Of a DNA stretch of 64,000 nt, positions 10,493-22,196 are shown one piece after another; the first letter of the stretch is position 1, and every line of letters starts with the position of its first letter. The notes below the pieces were generated by a model, which saw only the letters and a program-made list of their open reading frames with translations, did not search any database and was not told where the DNA came from. Location: positions 32,001-96,000 of the forward strand of contig CAWBZI010000004.1 of the NCBI GenBank assembly GCA_963793265.1. Reading direction: 5' to 3'. Source of the stretch: an uncultured cyanobacterium. Lineage in GTDB: Bacteria > Cyanobacteriota > Cyanobacteriia > Phormidesmidales > Phormidesmidaceae. The position numbers and the translations under genes are program-made.

Positions 10493-11974
10493 TTACTCGT
10501 AGTAGCTCCAGCCCCACCAGGGGCTCACTTCTACCACGCCGCGCTCTGTAAATACTACTCGGTAATCTACCGAAGGCGTATCTTCGGGCGCAGATTCTAC
10601 CAGCTCGGGCAGCGGCGTTTCGTCAATAGCTTTGGCTGCATCTGAGCCGACTGCCTGATAGCCAGTCACCGTACCGTCTTCGTTCATCCGCACCCGGTAG
10701 GTTGCTGCGTCTCTGCCTACTCTGGGCTGCTCGCGGTTGTCAACGATTGTGCGCTTAAGCTGATTGTTGAGCGCTTCAACCTCTGTGTAGTTATTGAGCG
10801 TTGTCGGTGGCTCATCCGAGAAATTATCGCTACTGCTACTCGCAACCGGGCGGCTGTCAGTAGGGTCTTTAGCCTCAACCTTACTAGGCTCTATATCCTC
10901 TGTTGGCTCGACCTTCTCTTCAGGCAAAGTAGCGACTGTATTCGCTGTCTGTAATGGAGAAACTTCCACCCCATCGGTGTCAAAGTCAACGCTGTACTCA
11001 GCGATCGCATTCTCTTCTAGCCCTTCTACACCCGCATTCGCACTCGCCAATCGCGGTAGCGGCGTCTTATCGACATCGCGCAGCGCCGCGTCGTTATCAA
11101 ACTGAAAACCAACTACCTCGCCTGCTTCATTCACCGCCACCTGATAGGCCAGCGGATCGGCAAAGTTAGCATCCGCGTCTGCGCCCTCTTCAAGCTGCGT
11201 CTGTAAGCTTTCCTGAAGCCGCGCTATCTCATCTTCATCCGTAATTCTGGGTGCATCTTCCCACAGCGCGCTAGACATATTCGCAGCGGCAATCCCATCT
11301 ACAGTCGGCGGTGAGCCATCTCCACCCGGCGGCTCGGCCCCGTCAATATCTGCGGTTTGGATCACCTCACCCGCGCGGCCTTCCACCGCCGGATCGCGCA
11401 TCTCGGGCAGTGGCACTAGGCCAATCACCATCGTTGCGGCCACTAAGCTACCGACACCCAAAATAGCGGGCAGGGCGCGATCGCTCAACGGCTCATCGCT
11501 GCGCACAAACCTGCGCGGCAAAGGTGAAAGCCCAGGCGCTAGCTCAGGCAGCGTCTGATTGTCATCAAAAAACTGATCGACCGCCTCAGTCAAATCAAAA
11601 AGCTGCACCGACGACAGCTTAATATCGATCGCCCGGCCATCCCCCGAATCACCAAGATCGGCAATTTCAGGCTGTATCACCAAATGATGATACGGCCCAT
11701 CGCCCGGATTGATGTGCACCAGTAAAGGCTCGCCCTCAATGACTTGAGGATGCGCAAAGCCGCTGAGCACTTCTTGAGAATACTGGCTGACTGCACGCAC
11801 CAGTGCGGCGAAGAAATTATAGCCACCGTTGAGCGATCGCTCCAGCCCGCTAATCCGACACTCCGCATTCACCAGCAGCGACATTGTTTCTTCACTACTC
11901 GCTTGAGGATCAATGCTCAAACCATCCAAAATCAAACTGCAATTAGGCAGTTGATACTGTCTGCGAATCGTCAT
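10493..11974 (-). CDS. DUF4335-type membrane protein
   Basis: MTIRRQYQLPNCSLILDG and LSSVQLFDLTEAVDQF, one TM, duplicated C-terminal domain; coupled to the DUF3038-type gene. Confidence 0.75.
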   Translation of the reverse strand: MTIRRQYQLPNCSLILDGLSIDPQASSEETMSLLVNAECRISGLERSLNGGYNFFAALVRAVSQYSQEVLSGFAHPQVIEGEPLLVHINPGDGPYHHLVIQPEIADLGDSGDGRAIDIKLSSVQLFDLTEAVDQFFDDNQTLPELAPGLSPLPRRFVRSDEPLSDRALPAILGVGSLVAATMVIGLVPLPEMRDPAVEGRAGEVIQTADIDGAEPPGGDGSPPTVDGIAAANMSSALWEDAPRITDEDEIARLQESLQTQLEEGADADANFADPLAYQVAVNEAGEVVGFQFDNDAALRDVDKTPLPRLASANAGVEGLEENAIAEYSVDFDTDGVEVSPLQTANTVATLPEEKVEPTEDIEPSKVEAKDPTDSRPVASSSSDNFSDEPPTTLNNYTEVEALNNQLKRTIVDNREQPRVGRDAATYRVRMNEDGTVTGYQAVGSDAAKAIDETPLPELVESAPEDTPSVDYRVVFTERGVVEVSPWWGWSYYE

Positions 11975-12582
11975 GACACTTCTCCATCAAAAAGGCTTAT
12001 CCAGAGGCGATCTGCGCCATCTGTGCCCGTGCAAAATAATAATTTGGTCAATAGCTCAATCGCCAGCTCATTCAGCTTTTCATCCGTGCTGTAGGCAATC
12101 ACCCCAGAGCGCTTCGCATTCATCCGCGCTCGAAAGTGAGAGCGAAAGCGCGCCAAATAATCCGATAGCCTGAAGTGATGATCAAAAGACAAATCCTGAT
12201 CGTTCAACTGCTGATAGCCCAGCAAAAGCTGCCGAATCAACACGGTCAGCCGCTTCGCCAAAAAGCAGGTAATCAGCACCAGCGCCTTCCCTTCGTCTTG
12301 AGACATCGGCTGACGCTGGCTAAATCGCCGCAACGGGTTGCTACTGCGCAGTAGCCACAAATTGACGCGGCCTCGAATGACCTCTTCTAGGCCCAGCTCA
12401 CGGGCCGAGGCCAGCATCGCTTCAGCCCCGCCTAAGTCCAGCGCTTCAATCGCTAGTAGCATAAGGTCAAGCTGCGTCTTAGCCCGCCGGGAGCACTCGC
12501 TAGGCAGTCCTTCAGGCGTGCTTAGCTGGTCAATAAGCTGGAGCTGTGACGATTGGGCAGTAGGGGGACTCTGTACTTGCAT
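11971..12582 (-). CDS. DUF3038-type protein
   Basis: LDLMLLAIEAL, LWLLRSSNPLRR, RLWISLFDGE. Confidence 0.75.
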   Translation of the reverse strand: MQVQSPPTAQSSQLQLIDQLSTPEGLPSECSRRAKTQLDLMLLAIEALDLGGAEAMLASARELGLEEVIRGRVNLWLLRSSNPLRRFSQRQPMSQDEGKALVLITCFLAKRLTVLIRQLLLGYQQLNDQDLSFDHHFRLSDYLARFRSHFRARMNAKRSGVIAYSTDEKLNELAIELLTKLLFCTGTDGADRLWISLFDGEVS

Positions 12583-13015
12583 ACGATTGGCGACTATTCA
12601 CTCAGAGGTCTTATCAAAACATATTTGTGGGTAATTCAGGTATCACCTATTCACAAGACTTATGAGATTTAGTCTTATGTACAGGCCCCAAATACCAGAT
12701 GAAAGCCATTATCAAAGAATTCTCTTGGGAGAATTCTCACTAGAAAGCAAAAAGGCATCCGTCAAAGTCAAGTTGAGTGCTAAGGCTCAACGCTACTCCT
12801 TTGATAAAGTTGCCCGAAACGTTGCCCTGACATAACAACATCTCTTGATTTCATTTAAAAAAATATAAATGTAGACAGAGCCAGATTTAGACCCTTATCT
12901 GCTGTGAATATTGAAAAAGATGTGTTAAAGACCTTGCATAGTACCGTCTGACGCAAAAACTAAAGCTATGTTCCGACGCTTAATAGAGTGAAACATTCTT
13001 TAATCGCCTTTTGGT

Positions 13016-15352
13016 TTAATTCCCAGCGGAAATGCCGTTTATCAGCCAGTTCTCATCCTGACGAATCAGCTCGTAGTTCACCGTCACCGTGTCATCTGTG
13101 TAGGAAGGTGGGCTGCCTAACGCCTCACCATTCTTAAAGAACTCAGCCGATTCAGTTACCTGCGCCTGGACATCTAACCTGTCCGCGCCCGTAGCATCTT
13201 CAGGCTCTACAGAAATAATCGTCACCGGCTCATCGCTGTAGCTATAGTCAACGGTGACGCCTTCTGCCTCTACCGAAGCCACATCGCCTTGAGTGTCATT
13301 GAGCGGTGAACCTGCTAAGACGCTGCTAAGCTCGCTGGTGTCATAGTCGCCTGTATAGGCAGATGGCTTAATGTCTAACCACTGGTTAATAGTGGCTCTG
13401 GCAATTCCAGCAGCATCGCTTGGCAGTACAGAATCAGCACTAGGCGCTGTTGCTTCTAGCGGCACTACAGGTTCATTAATACTCACATCATTCAGCGGCT
13501 CATCCTGAATATTAGGGCCGTTACCCCCGCCTACCAGGCTAATAATGCTCCTCGCCAACAGTAGCGCCAGCAGCAGAAGGGAAAATCCAGCCAGAATTAC
13601 AATTGCCAGCCGTCCCCACTTAGGAGAAGGGGCGTTGCGCCGATTACGCCGACCTCTGCTCGCGCCACTGCCTACCATACCTGTGCGAATGCCACGATCA
13701 GACGTGCGATCTGGCGGAATGGGTAAGGCCGCGCCTCTAGATCCAGAGGACGTAGCGTCCGAATCCCGCGAAAGCTGACCATTAGGTGAGAGCCGGGATA
13801 TTTTCTCAGCAATATTAGCCGATCCGACTAGGCCCGCCACGCCCGCAGCACCCGCAGCGCCCACTGCACCAATCCGGCTACCTAAGGTCTGACTGTTAGC
13901 AGCAGACTTACCGAGAACCGATGATCCGGTATAGCTAGCATCTTGCGGCGAGGCACCGACTTGACCCGTCACACTAAAGGGATTTTGGCTCCCTGGTGTT
14001 GTCGTTCTTTCTTGAAGCAGTGTGCTAGTACCCACGTTCTGAGAACCGACACTTTGACCGACACCTGTAGCCACTTCCTGCGACTCCCAGCCTGACTGCC
14101 GGTTGTTCCGCTCGTTTTCTAACGGCAGATTCTCTAAGTAGCTCTGCACCGTGCTGTCTGCGAAATAATCTTTGAGCGTAGCGGGCTCCTGATCGAGATC
14201 GCGAAAGAATGGAAAGACCTCTTGCTGAAGCCAGTTTTCTGCATACAGGCACAGTCCTGGCAGTAGATCAGGCGATCCCTGTGAGTGTTCGCGGATGAAC
14301 GCCAGCGGATCGTACTCCTGAGAAAGCTCTAGGGCGCGGCTGGCTTCTTCAGTTTGGCCCAGGAGCACTGCGCACACGGCCTGCTCTAGATGAACATCTT
14401 GGCGACCGCTCAGGCGCAGCAGCATTTGCTTGGCCCTGCGAATCAAGGCGGGCTGGTGCTGAGCAAAGCCACGAGCGAGTAGGGCATATACGGCTAAATA
14501 GGTACCCACCGCAGAAGGTCGCTGAGCTTCTGCTTCAAACACTTCTTGCTGTTCAGCGGCGGTAAGATAGCCCCGAAGCTGCTGCACAAATCTGAGAAAA
14601 TCATCGACGCCTAAACCCGATAAATCGTCTTCAGCGCCGTCGATGCCGCCTCTGTCTTGAAGCATTCCGCGCAAAAGGTTGACGCCTTCTTGACGCGATC
14701 GCCCCTGATCCAAAGGCCGCGCAATCAGCTCCAAACACCGATAGGGCCGCAGCTTATACAAATCCGCCTGAATCTCAGCTCTGAGCACTGGAAACAGATC
14801 TTCTTTAATCAAAAGCTCTCGCCCAGTCTCTAACGACTCAGCGGCGTGCTCATAGTGATTTTGCTGCCATTCTTCGCGCCCTAGCTCCAGACAGGCCACG
14901 GCCAGCGTCAGCATAATATCGGGTAGCTCTGGCTGCTCTTTAAGCGCCTGCCCTTCGGGCGTATGCACGTCGCGCTTCAGGTAGGGGCGACCCAAACGCA
15001 GAACCAGTTCGTACTCACCTAGCTCTAGCAGAATCAGCAGTGCGCCGACGAGCTGACTATTTTCGATTTCAATTGTCGGGGCGCTAACTTCGGCATCATC
15101 CGTGCCGTTATTAGGGCTGGCGCTTTTCGTCGAAGAGGCCAAAAATTCCTGGTCGTATTCAGCCCGGCGAATGCTGTCACCCAGCACACTATACGCCGCG
15201 TCTAAAAGCTGCCGACGGGCGTCTATGGCGAGTTCTGAATACTCGCGTCTGGGGACTTGCAGGGTGCGATCACGATGAGACTGCTTAAGCTGCTCAGCCG
15301 TCGCCTGAATCGGCAAACCCAAAATTCGGTAATAGTCCAGCGGAATTCGCAC
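13016..15352 (-). CDS. ftn2: Cell division protein Ftn2/ZipN (ARC6 homolog)
   Basis: MRIPLDYYRILG J-like domain, DLYKLRPYR, PDLLPGLCLY, TM segment, C-terminal IMS-type domain. Confidence 0.9.
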   Translation of the reverse strand: MRIPLDYYRILGLPIQATAEQLKQSHRDRTLQVPRREYSELAIDARRQLLDAAYSVLGDSIRRAEYDQEFLASSTKSASPNNGTDDAEVSAPTIEIENSQLVGALLILLELGEYELVLRLGRPYLKRDVHTPEGQALKEQPELPDIMLTLAVACLELGREEWQQNHYEHAAESLETGRELLIKEDLFPVLRAEIQADLYKLRPYRCLELIARPLDQGRSRQEGVNLLRGMLQDRGGIDGAEDDLSGLGVDDFLRFVQQLRGYLTAAEQQEVFEAEAQRPSAVGTYLAVYALLARGFAQHQPALIRRAKQMLLRLSGRQDVHLEQAVCAVLLGQTEEASRALELSQEYDPLAFIREHSQGSPDLLPGLCLYAENWLQQEVFPFFRDLDQEPATLKDYFADSTVQSYLENLPLENERNNRQSGWESQEVATGVGQSVGSQNVGTSTLLQERTTTPGSQNPFSVTGQVGASPQDASYTGSSVLGKSAANSQTLGSRIGAVGAAGAAGVAGLVGSANIAEKISRLSPNGQLSRDSDATSSGSRGAALPIPPDRTSDRGIRTGMVGSGASRGRRNRRNAPSPKWGRLAIVILAGFSLLLLALLLARSIISLVGGGNGPNIQDEPLNDVSINEPVVPLEATAPSADSVLPSDAAGIARATINQWLDIKPSAYTGDYDTSELSSVLAGSPLNDTQGDVASVEAEGVTVDYSYSDEPVTIISVEPEDATGADRLDVQAQVTESAEFFKNGEALGSPPSYTDDTVTVNYELIRQDENWLINGISAGN

Positions 15353-15676
15353 TCTTTATATCCCCAGCCATTAAAGCCAATCTTTATAGATAAAACTGCT
15401 TATCAGTCGATAATCGCTATCAAACGTAGCGCAAATTAGGTCTGAAGCTCAATGATTCCAAGCTTCAATACACAGCTCTGATATAACAACTACTTGCAAA
15501 TACTATATCTATCCAGCAAGTTTATTAACTATTTTAGAAAGTGAATGTAACTCTCGCATAGCTTTAGGCCCCACATCCTATTTGTCAAGACCTTTTGGCC
15601 TGGCCTATTTGTGGAAGGTAGAGAACCTACTATGATGATTCGTAGCTAAATGACAAGGACACACGGACACAAATCT

Positions 15677-16705
15677 ATGGTTCAGGAAAGACCGCTACCG
15701 ATATTTCAAGCGCCTGAGTCCCAGGTGACCCGAGACGAAGGACTGCGGGTCTACGAAGATATGCTGCTAGGTCGCTACTTTGAGGACAAGTGCGCCGAGC
15801 TATATCAGCGTGGCAAAGTCAAAGGATTTGTGCATCTATACAACGGACAGGAAGCGGTTTGCTCAGGCGTTGTCAAAGCCATGAGATCGGATGACTACGT
15901 ATGCAGCACCTATCGCGATCACGTTCACGCGCTTAGTGCAGGCGTCAGCGCGCGCGCGGTCATGGCCGAATTATTTGGGAAAGAAACCGGGTGCAGCAAG
16001 GGCCGAGGGGGCTCTATGCATATGTTTTCAAAGGAGCACAATATGCTCGGCGGCTTTGCCTTTATCGGTGAAGGTATTCCGGTGGCCTTGGGCGCAGCTT
16101 TTCAAACCCGCTATCGCCGCGACGCGCTCGGTGAAGCTGGGGCCGATCAGGTCACAGCCGCATTTTTTGGCGATGGCACGACTAATAACGGTCAGTTCTT
16201 TGAGTGTTTGAACATGGCGGCGCTGTGGAAGCTACCGATTCTGTTCGTGGTTGAAAACAATAAGTGGGCGATCGGTATGGCCCACGAGCGGGCGACTTCG
16301 CAGCCAGAAATTTATAAGAAAGCCAGCGTCTTCGGGATGCCTGGCTACGAGGTAGATGGCATGGACGTGCTAGCCGTTCGAGCCGCTGCTAAGACGGCGA
16401 TTGAGCGGGCGCGGGCGGGTGAGGGGCCGACGCTTTTGGAATGCCTGACCTATCGGTATCGCGGGCATTCGGTGGCTGATCCTGATGAGCTGCGGCCTGC
16501 TGAGGAGAAGAAATTTTGGCGCGATCGCGATCCCATTAAACGCTTTGAAGCCTACCTGCTAGAGCAAGATCTGGCCAACGAGAGCGATCTCAAAGCCCTC
16601 CGCGACAAAATCACCGAAGTCGTCGAAGACTCGCTCACCTTTGCCGAAGAGAGCCCCGAGCCCAGCCCCGCCGATTTGTACAAATATATTTTTGCTGAAG
16701 ACTAA
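15677..16705 (+). CDS. pdhA: Pyruvate dehydrogenase E1 alpha
   Basis: [21 protein letters not shown] motif FFGDG...NN, YRGHS; MVQER start at 15677. Confidence 0.95.
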   Translation: MVQERPLPIFQAPESQVTRDEGLRVYEDMLLGRYFEDKCAELYQRGKVKGFVHLYNGQEAVCSGVVKAMRSDDYVCSTYRDHVHALSAGVSARAVMAELFGKETGCSKGRGGSMHMFSKEHNMLGGFAFIGEGIPVALGAAFQTRYRRDALGEAGADQVTAAFFGDGTTNNGQFFECLNMAALWKLPILFVVENNKWAIGMAHERATSQPEIYKKASVFGMPGYEVDGMDVLAVRAAAKTAIERARAGEGPTLLECLTYRYRGHSVADPDELRPAEEKKFWRDRDPIKRFEAYLLEQDLANESDLKALRDKITEVVEDSLTFAEESPEPSPADLYKYIFAED

Positions 16706-16711
16706 ATCCCC

Positions 16712-17695
16712 ATGGCACAAACCTTTCTATTCGACGCCCTCCGCGAAGCTATTGACGAGGAAATGTCCCGAGATCAAACCGTCATGGTCATGGGTGAAGA
16801 TGTCGGCCAGTACGGCGGCTCTTACAAAGTCACCAAAGACCTCTACGACAAATACGGCGAACTGCGCGTACTCGACACCCCGATTGCCGAAAATAGCTTT
16901 TGCGGCATGGGCATCGGCGCGGCCATGACCGGCCTGCGCCCGATTATCGAAGGCATGAACATGGGCTTTTTGCTCCTCGCCTTCAACCAAATCTCTAACA
17001 ACGCTGGAATGCTCCGCTACACCTCTGGCGGCAACTTCAAAATTCCAGTGGTCATTCGCGGCCCTGGCGGCGTCGGCTCTCAGCTCGGCGCAGAGCACTC
17101 CCAGCGCCTAGAAGCCTACTTCCAGGCCGTCCCCGGTCTAAAAATCGTCGCCTGCTCCACCCCGCGCAACGCCAAAGGTCTGCTTAAAGCCGCCATTCGC
17201 GACGACAACCCTGTCTTATTTTTTGAGCACGTCTTGCTTTACTTCAATAAAGAAGATTTGCCCGACGATGAATACATCCTGCCGCTAGACAAAGCTGAAA
17301 CCGTGCGCTCCGGTAAAGATGTCACGATTTTGACCTACTCCCGAATGCGCTATCACGTGATGCAGGCCGTTGAGTCATTGGAGAAAAAAGGCTATGACCC
17401 CGAAGTCATTGATTTGATTTCACTTAAGCCCATTGACTACGAAACCATCGGTGAGTCTATTCGTAAAACGCATCGGGTGATTATTGTTGAAGAATGCATG
17501 AGAACCGGCGGCATTGCAGCCGAAATTATCGCGTCTATTAACGATCGCTTCTTCGACGAACTTGATGGCCCGGTAATTCGCATGTCGTCACAAGATATTC
17601 CCACGCCCTATAACAAAGGGCTAGAAGATCTGACGATTGTGCAGCCCGCACAGATTGAAGAGGCCGTGGAGAAAATTATGCAAGGACGGCTGTAG
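16712..17695 (+). CDS. pdhB: Pyruvate dehydrogenase E1 beta
   Basis: [29 protein letters not shown]. Confidence 0.95.
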   Translation: MAQTFLFDALREAIDEEMSRDQTVMVMGEDVGQYGGSYKVTKDLYDKYGELRVLDTPIAENSFCGMGIGAAMTGLRPIIEGMNMGFLLLAFNQISNNAGMLRYTSGGNFKIPVVIRGPGGVGSQLGAEHSQRLEAYFQAVPGLKIVACSTPRNAKGLLKAAIRDDNPVLFFEHVLLYFNKEDLPDDEYILPLDKAETVRSGKDVTILTYSRMRYHVMQAVESLEKKGYDPEVIDLISLKPIDYETIGESIRKTHRVIIVEECMRTGGIAAEIIASINDRFFDELDGPVIRMSSQDIPTPYNKGLEDLTIVQPAQIEEAVEKIMQGRL

Positions 17696-17814
17696 AAGCG
17701 GTCACAATTCATCAACCTTTTTGCCTCAGTCACAACGATTGAGGCATTTTGGTATTACGATACTTAACTGCACCGGGCTCCACTATCAGCTCGAAAATTT
17801 TTAACATGGATTCT

Positions 17815-19245
17815 ATGAGTAAGCAACGCTCGATACTAGCCGCCCTGCTGGCACTCGTCATTGCGGCCATCGTCATTATTGTGAATGTGCCGACCCAGCT
17901 AGGTCTAGACTTGCGCGGCGGCACTCAGCTCACCATGCAGGTGATGCCTAACGAGCAAATTACTCAGGTCGGTGAACGCGAACTTGCCGCTGTTCAGCGC
18001 GTGATTGAAAACCGAGTCAACGGCCTCGGCGTCTCAGAAGCGGTTGTGCAAAGCGTCGGCCAAGACCAGCTCTCGATTCAGCTACCGGGCATCAGCGATC
18101 CTGAGAAAGCAGAACGTGTCCTCGGCGGCACCGCGCAGCTAGAGTTTCGTAACCAGAAGCCGAATACAGAAGGCGAATTTCAGGCGCTACAGACGATTGC
18201 GCAGCAGCAGCAGATTGAGAAGCAGGTGCTTGCAGACAGTGGGGATGTGGAGGCGATCACAGCCAACCAAACCGCCATCGAAGCTACCCAAGAAGACATC
18301 CTCGCCCTCTTTGCCGACACCGAACTAACTGGCGACAAACTACGAGACGCCCTCGCTAGGCCCATCGGTGGCCCCGGCGGCGCATGGGAAGTCGTAATTG
18401 AATTCACCAACGAAGGCTCAGCCCTCTTTTCTCAGCTCACTCGCGACATCGCAGGCACAGGACGCGGCATCGGGATCTTCTTAGATAACCAGCTCATCAG
18501 CGCCCCTAGCGTAGATGTGGAATACGCTCAAACCGGCATTACAGGCGGCAGCGCCGTCATTTCCGGCAACTTCAACGTCGAATCAGCCCGCGATCTTGAA
18601 ATTCAGCTTCGCGGCGGCTCTCTTCCCCTCCCCGTAGAAATCATCGAAAACCGTACGGTCGGCGCAACCTTAGGCCGCGATAGCGTAGAACGCAGTCTAT
18701 ATGCTGCCCTATTTGGCTTAGCACTCGTCCTCGTATTTATGGCCGTTTACTACCGTCTACCCGGCATTCTGGCCGACATCGCCCTCGTTGTTTATGCCTT
18801 GCTCACTTGGGCCGCTTACAATCTGCTCGGCGTCACCCTCACGCTGCCAGGGATTGCAGGCTTCATCCTCAGCATCGGCATGGCTGTAGATGCCAACGTC
18901 CTTATCTTCGAGCGCACCCGAGAAGAACTGCGAGCAGGCAAAACGCTATATCGCTCCGTAGAGTCCGGCTTTTACCGCGCCTTTTCTAGCATTCTAGACA
19001 GCAACGTTACTACTCTTATCGCCTGCGGAGCGCTGTTCTTTTTAGGTACTGGCCTGGTCAGAGGCTTTGCCCTCACGCTCGCAATCGGCGTTATTGTCAG
19101 CATGTTTACAGCCGTTTCCTGTAGCCGCACGCTGATGTTCTTTACGATTGGCTTCCCTCAGTTCCGTAAGCCCAATCTGTTTTGCCCTGGCGTTGAGGAT
19201 ATTCCTAAGCGATCGCCCAACCCCTCCCCTTCCACGCAGCAGTAA
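17815..19245 (+). CDS. secD: Protein translocase subunit SecD
   Basis: LGLDLRGG, RVNGLGVSE, TLPGIAGFILSIGMAVDANVLIFER; start is ATG 17806 or 17815. Confidence 0.93.
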   Translation: MSKQRSILAALLALVIAAIVIIVNVPTQLGLDLRGGTQLTMQVMPNEQITQVGERELAAVQRVIENRVNGLGVSEAVVQSVGQDQLSIQLPGISDPEKAERVLGGTAQLEFRNQKPNTEGEFQALQTIAQQQQIEKQVLADSGDVEAITANQTAIEATQEDILALFADTELTGDKLRDALARPIGGPGGAWEVVIEFTNEGSALFSQLTRDIAGTGRGIGIFLDNQLISAPSVDVEYAQTGITGGSAVISGNFNVESARDLEIQLRGGSLPLPVEIIENRTVGATLGRDSVERSLYAALFGLALVLVFMAVYYRLPGILADIALVVYALLTWAAYNLLGVTLTLPGIAGFILSIGMAVDANVLIFERTREELRAGKTLYRSVESGFYRAFSSILDSNVTTLIACGALFFLGTGLVRGFALTLAIGVIVSMFTAVSCSRTLMFFTIGFPQFRKPNLFCPGVEDIPKRSPNPSPSTQQ

Positions 19246-19299
19246 ATTATTCCAACAAAGCGTATTCTCGCCTCCAGCCACAAAAGCCTTCAGAACCAT

Positions 19300-20271
19300 A
19301 TGAAACTCAACGTCATCAAGCAAAGAACCCTATGGTGGTGCATCTCAGGAGCCATCATCCTAGTCGGCATCGCATCGATGGCGTTTTCGTTTCAAAAGTA
19401 CGGTGCGCCTATTCAGCCCAGCCTTGACTTCATCGGTGGCACCCGCTTGCAGCTCACCCGCGACTGTAGCGAGGCCGCTAACTGCGCTAGCCCTATCGAA
19501 ACCTCTACCGTGCAGCGGGTACTGACCGATCAGGGGCTAGCAGGTAGCGTTCAGCTTATAGGCGATGACGGTCAGACGGTGGCGGTGAGGACGAGTAATT
19601 TGGATGTGGATCAGCGCGATCGCCTCCAATCTGGTCTAGCAGACGCCATCGGCACTATAGATCCAAACTCTACTCAAAACGATACGGTTGGCCCCATCTT
19701 AGGCGAACAGCTTCTCAGAACAGGGCTTCTTTCTTTGATCGTGTCATTCGCCCTGATCGCAGCCTACCTCAGCCTTCGATTCAAACTTGACTATGCTATT
19801 CTCGCTATCGTTGCCCTGCTGCACGATCTACTCGTTACGCTAGGGATTTTCTCTATTCTCAGCCTCACTATTGGCTACGAAGCAGACTCTTTGTTCATTG
19901 TGGCGCTGCTCACCATCGTTGGCTTCTCAGTCAACGACACGGTGGTCATTTACGATCGCATTCGAGAGACGCTCAAGCTAAAACCCAATCTACCGATCAA
20001 TCAGGTCGTAGACGAGTCAGTTAACGATACGCTAGGCCGCTCTATCAACACCACCCTCACCACGGTGCTCACGCTGCTCAGCATTGTGCTATTTGGCGGC
20101 GGCTCGCTCAAGTTTTTTGCCCTCGCTCTGATTACTGGATTTGTTGCGGGTGCTTACTCTAGTATTTTCATTGCCAGTACGCTATTGGCCTGGTGGCGCA
20201 GTCGCTCTGAAGACGATAGCTTTGATGGTGGCAATGAGATTGAGCCCGTAGATTCTGCACCTGCTGTATAA
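19300..20271 (+). CDS. secF: Protein translocase subunit SecF
   Basis: [37 protein letters not shown]. Confidence 0.95.
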   Translation: MKLNVIKQRTLWWCISGAIILVGIASMAFSFQKYGAPIQPSLDFIGGTRLQLTRDCSEAANCASPIETSTVQRVLTDQGLAGSVQLIGDDGQTVAVRTSNLDVDQRDRLQSGLADAIGTIDPNSTQNDTVGPILGEQLLRTGLLSLIVSFALIAAYLSLRFKLDYAILAIVALLHDLLVTLGIFSILSLTIGYEADSLFIVALLTIVGFSVNDTVVIYDRIRETLKLKPNLPINQVVDESVNDTLGRSINTTLTTVLTLLSIVLFGGGSLKFFALALITGFVAGAYSSIFIASTLLAWWRSRSEDDSFDGGNEIEPVDSAPAV

Positions 20272-20326
20272 AAACCTATGTAGAAAACTTAGCTGTAAAC
20301 CCTTCTTCGCAAAGAGTATTGAAGCA

Positions 20327-20725
20327 TTGGTAAAAGAGCATACGGCCACTGAAGCTGAAGAACTAGAAGCTTTGCGCCAGCATATGATGCGTAGCTGGTG
20401 GTGGATTTGCTTGGGTCTTTGGCTAACGCTGGGGCTGCTGAGCCTGTGGACACTACGTTTTGAATTGCAGGAGCTACGCGAATATTTCACTTGGGCAGCC
20501 GTACGCTACATGTTTTATTACAACCGGCTTGCGGCGATTGGGATCGGGCTGTGCGTCGGTGTTACAGTAGCGACTTTGTATGCAGAGAGCCGTCATATTT
20601 TGTGGGGTCTGTCCAAGCAAGAAAAGAGTCAGCTTACCTACCGTCTTAAAAAGATTCATGCGCAGGGTTCATCGCATCCGCAGTGGAAGATTATTAGGTC
20701 TACTCACTCGCAGAATAAGGAATAA
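20327..20725 (+). CDS. Hypothetical membrane protein
   Basis: 132-aa ORF with two TM segments and FTWAAVRY motif; start uncertain. Confidence 0.65.
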   Translation: MVKEHTATEAEELEALRQHMMRSWWWICLGLWLTLGLLSLWTLRFELQELREYFTWAAVRYMFYYNRLAAIGIGLCVGVTVATLYAESRHILWGLSKQEKSQLTYRLKKIHAQGSSHPQWKIIRSTHSQNKE

Positions 20726-20832
20726 GTCTTACGTAACTGATTTTGCGTAGCTTCGTCCATCACAGAGTCAGTCCATAATATGAAAGCAAAGACTCTTGCT
20801 TCGAATCACTGTAGTTGTTTCCAAAGGAATTT

Positions 20833-21039
20833 ATGAGATTTAACGTAACGCTTAACCGTGACGAAGATGGTGTCTGGATCGTGGAGTGCCACAGCATTCC
20901 GGGTTGCGTAAGCCAAGGGGAAACACGCGAAGAAGCACTAGAAAATATTAAAGATGCTATTTCGAGTTGTCTACAGGTTCGAGCAGATCTAGGAATGCCA
21001 TTAACTATCGAGACTCATCAGGTCGAGGTTGTGGCCTAG
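20833..21039 (+). CDS. hicB: HicB-family antitoxin, short form
   Basis: RDEDGVWIVECHSIPGCVSQGETREEALENIKDAI. Confidence 0.85.
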   Translation: MRFNVTLNRDEDGVWIVECHSIPGCVSQGETREEALENIKDAISSCLQVRADLGMPLTIETHQVEVVA

Positions 21040-21263
21040 TGAGTTCTGCTCTTCCGGTTTTGAGTGGCCGCAAGGTTGTTCGCGTTTTTGAAAATTTAGG
21101 TTGGGAAGTGGTTCGCCAAGCTGGCAGTCATATCATCATGGTCAAAGGAAAGAATCCAGTGACGCTTTCAGTCCCAAACCATCGCGAAGTGGCAAAAGGA
21201 ACCTTACGAAGCCTAATTCGATCTGCTGGGCTAACAGTGGAAGAGTTCATCGCGGCGAAATAG
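21039..21263 (+). CDS. hicA: HicA-family mRNA interferase toxin
   Basis: GWEVVRQAGSHIIM...VPNHREVAKGTLRSLIRSAGL; GTG at 21039 overlaps the hicB TAG. Confidence 0.85.
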   Translation: MSSALPVLSGRKVVRVFENLGWEVVRQAGSHIIMVKGKNPVTLSVPNHREVAKGTLRSLIRSAGLTVEEFIAAK

Positions 21264-22164
21264 TGACATGGCAGCTTGCTTTATCGAGCAACGCCTGATA
21301 CAAGTTTGCGGCAGAACGATCTATTAACAGGCTTGCCTGTGGCGTTTGCCTGAGCATAGAAGCTGGACAGTCCGTATTGATTGAACCTGTGAGCATCTTG
21401 TGAATAACGTCTGCTTTACCCTCGCCATAGGCCAGGCATAGGCTGTGTCGGGAGGCTCTAATAGCGCTGAGCGTAAGCGTAAAGGCATATTGTGGGACGG
21501 CTTCTATGCTCGCAAAAGCACTGGACTCGGCTTGCTGCTGACGGTTTCTCTCGTCTAGTCGAACGATTTTTACCCAGCGAGGATCGCGAAAGTCGGCAAC
21601 GCTTGGGTCGTTGAAGGCGAGGTGCCCGTTGTTACCAACACCTAAAAAGCAGAGGTCTGCTAGATGCTCGCGGAGTTGTTTTTCGTAGCTTTGACAAACT
21701 TCTAATGGCAACAGTGCGTTTCCTTCAAGGTCGTGCCATTGGCCCAATGGCACTTTGCTAGTGAGATGCTTTTTTAAGTAGTGACGAAAGCTGGCCGGAT
21801 GGTCGGCGGCGATGCCTAAGTATTCGTCTAAATGAAAGCCGGTGACTTTTGACCAGTCTATAGGCGGCTGGCGGTTTGGGTCGGTGAGGTGATTGAGAAG
21901 CTGTACTTGCGATCGCCCCGTTGCAAAAATAGCGTTCGCCTGCCTCTTTTCCTCAATCGCCTTTGCCAATATCTGTCGGGCGATCGCACTCCCAGCCATG
22001 GCCACATCCGCCGCCGACTCATAAACCCGCACCGTTAACAAATCCACCGTCAGCGTTTTAATCGGTACCGGCTGATCCGCATTTGAGCGAGCAAAATTTG
22101 AGCGAGCAAAATCATTCAAAGCAGTCACACTAGAAGAAGCTACTATTTTTGCACAGCAGCACAA
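21247..22164 (-). CDS. nagB: Glucosamine-6-phosphate deaminase family protein
   Basis: FATGRSQ, FHLDEYLG, LGVGNNGHLAFNDP, CPASML; true start probably downstream of 22164. Confidence 0.85.
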   Translation of the reverse strand: MCCCAKIVASSSVTALNDFARSNFARSNADQPVPIKTLTVDLLTVRVYESAADVAMAGSAIARQILAKAIEEKRQANAIFATGRSQVQLLNHLTDPNRQPPIDWSKVTGFHLDEYLGIAADHPASFRHYLKKHLTSKVPLGQWHDLEGNALLPLEVCQSYEKQLREHLADLCFLGVGNNGHLAFNDPSVADFRDPRWVKIVRLDERNRQQQAESSAFASIEAVPQYAFTLTLSAIRASRHSLCLAYGEGKADVIHKMLTGSINTDCPASMLRQTPQASLLIDRSAANLYQALLDKASCHVTISPR

Positions 22165-22196
22165 AGCCTACTCTTCACTTCATCCCATGGCAATTT

